From IMG/VR virus record IMGVR_UViG_3300045988_039442, positions 1-44,652 of that record: 44,652 nucleotides of DNA. One strand, 5' to 3'. Positions 44,178-44,652 of the stretch are shown here, in pieces. The translations under genes were made by a program, and so were the position numbers. Position 1 is the first letter of the stretch, and each line of letters opens with the position of its first letter. Under the pieces are notes generated by a model. The model was not told where the DNA came from. It was given only the letters and a program-made list of their open reading frames with translations, and searched no databases. The DNA comes from a virus. Its lineage: Duplodnaviria > Heunggongvirae > Uroviricota > Caudoviricetes.

Positions 44178-44287
44178 GTTCCTGGGTTATGCTATCTCGC
44201 GCATCCAGAATGGTGTTTCGATTTATGGGTCCGGGAGGACGGGATAAAACTCATCGGCAACAATTTTAAATTCAAAGGGGCGAAGTG

Positions 44288-44581
44288 ATGGAAGAATTAC
44301 CGCAATGCGAACGCCAGTTCATTAGTGGGTTTATCCCGGTAAATAATTTAAACATTTCTGATTTGCTGGACCTGAGAGAAAATGGTGCTTTGTGGGTGTG
44401 TAACGCCCGGGATGTAACAAAGGCCAGGGTGTGGAATTTTAGTCTAATGCGCCGCCCTAATAAGTCAGGGGCTGGTGCGGTGACGATGGATTTGTTACAG
44501 CGCAAAGGTAAGCTGTTTATGCGAACGGCATCGAATCATGATGCCAGTGCCGACGACTCTGAGGGAGGTTGCCGTGGATAA
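44288..44581 (+). CDS. hypothetical early protein
   Basis: ORF track 44285..44581; ATG at 44288 after AAAGGGG; ends 17 bp before the terminal repeat. Confidence 0.5.
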   Translation: MEELPQCERQFISGFIPVNNLNISDLLDLRENGALWVCNARDVTKARVWNFSLMRRPNKSGAGAVTMDLLQRKGKLFMRTASNHDASADDSEGGCRG

Positions 44582-44597
44582 GTTTATTTTAATTGTC

Positions 44598-44652
44598 AGT
44601 GACGTCTATGTGGTGCGCGCGTTTTGGGGGTTGGTATGAAATATATATATAT
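44598..44652. repeat. Terminal direct repeat, right copy (identical to 1-55)
   Basis: Exact match to the window start; the window ends inside the repeat. Confidence 0.9.

Noticed and set aside
1-44652. tRNA, rRNA or tmRNA genes
   Set aside because: No region showed the cloverleaf stem arrangement with conserved T-loop and anticodon-loop features on inspection; none reported. A dedicated tRNA scan would be needed to be certain.

Overview
The 44,652-bp window looks like an essentially complete genome of a lytic, siphovirus-type dsDNA phage of an enterobacterial host (sigma70-like promoters, roughly 50% GC, no integrase; the T1-/Jersey-like layout is an inference). Bases 1-55 are repeated exactly at 44598-44652, so the window is a circular or terminally redundant assembly. 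Layout: (1) a + strand early block of many small genes running from ~44.1 kb across the junction to ~5.5 kb, including a DUF551 protein, an HslV/proteasome-like peptidase and a holin/endolysin cassette; (2) a + strand packaging/head/tail block from 5.7 to 31.4 kb (TerS, TerL, portal, head morphogenesis, Rz/Rz1 spanins, scaffold, major capsid, connectors, major tail, G/GT chaperone with a putative -1 frameshift, tape measure, distal tail proteins, J-like tip protein, beta-helix tail fibre); (3) a - strand replication block from 31.4 to 43.7 kb (SNF2 helicase, short C5-cytosine methyltransferase-like protein, VRR-NUC, family A DNA polymerase, SSB-like protein, PD-(D/E)XK exonuclease, primase-polymerase/helicase). 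The structural block is interrupted by three leftward accessory operons, each driven by a copy of the same ~32-bp promoter/operator element. The most interesting candidates are a tRNA-guanine-transglycosylase/DpdA-like protein coupled to a small transporter (possible 7-deazaguanine DNA modification using host precursors), a kinase + HAD phosphatase + metallophosphoesterase operon, and two paralogous ~144-nt non-coding elements with covarying hairpins. All functional calls come from motif reading by eye; no database search was run.
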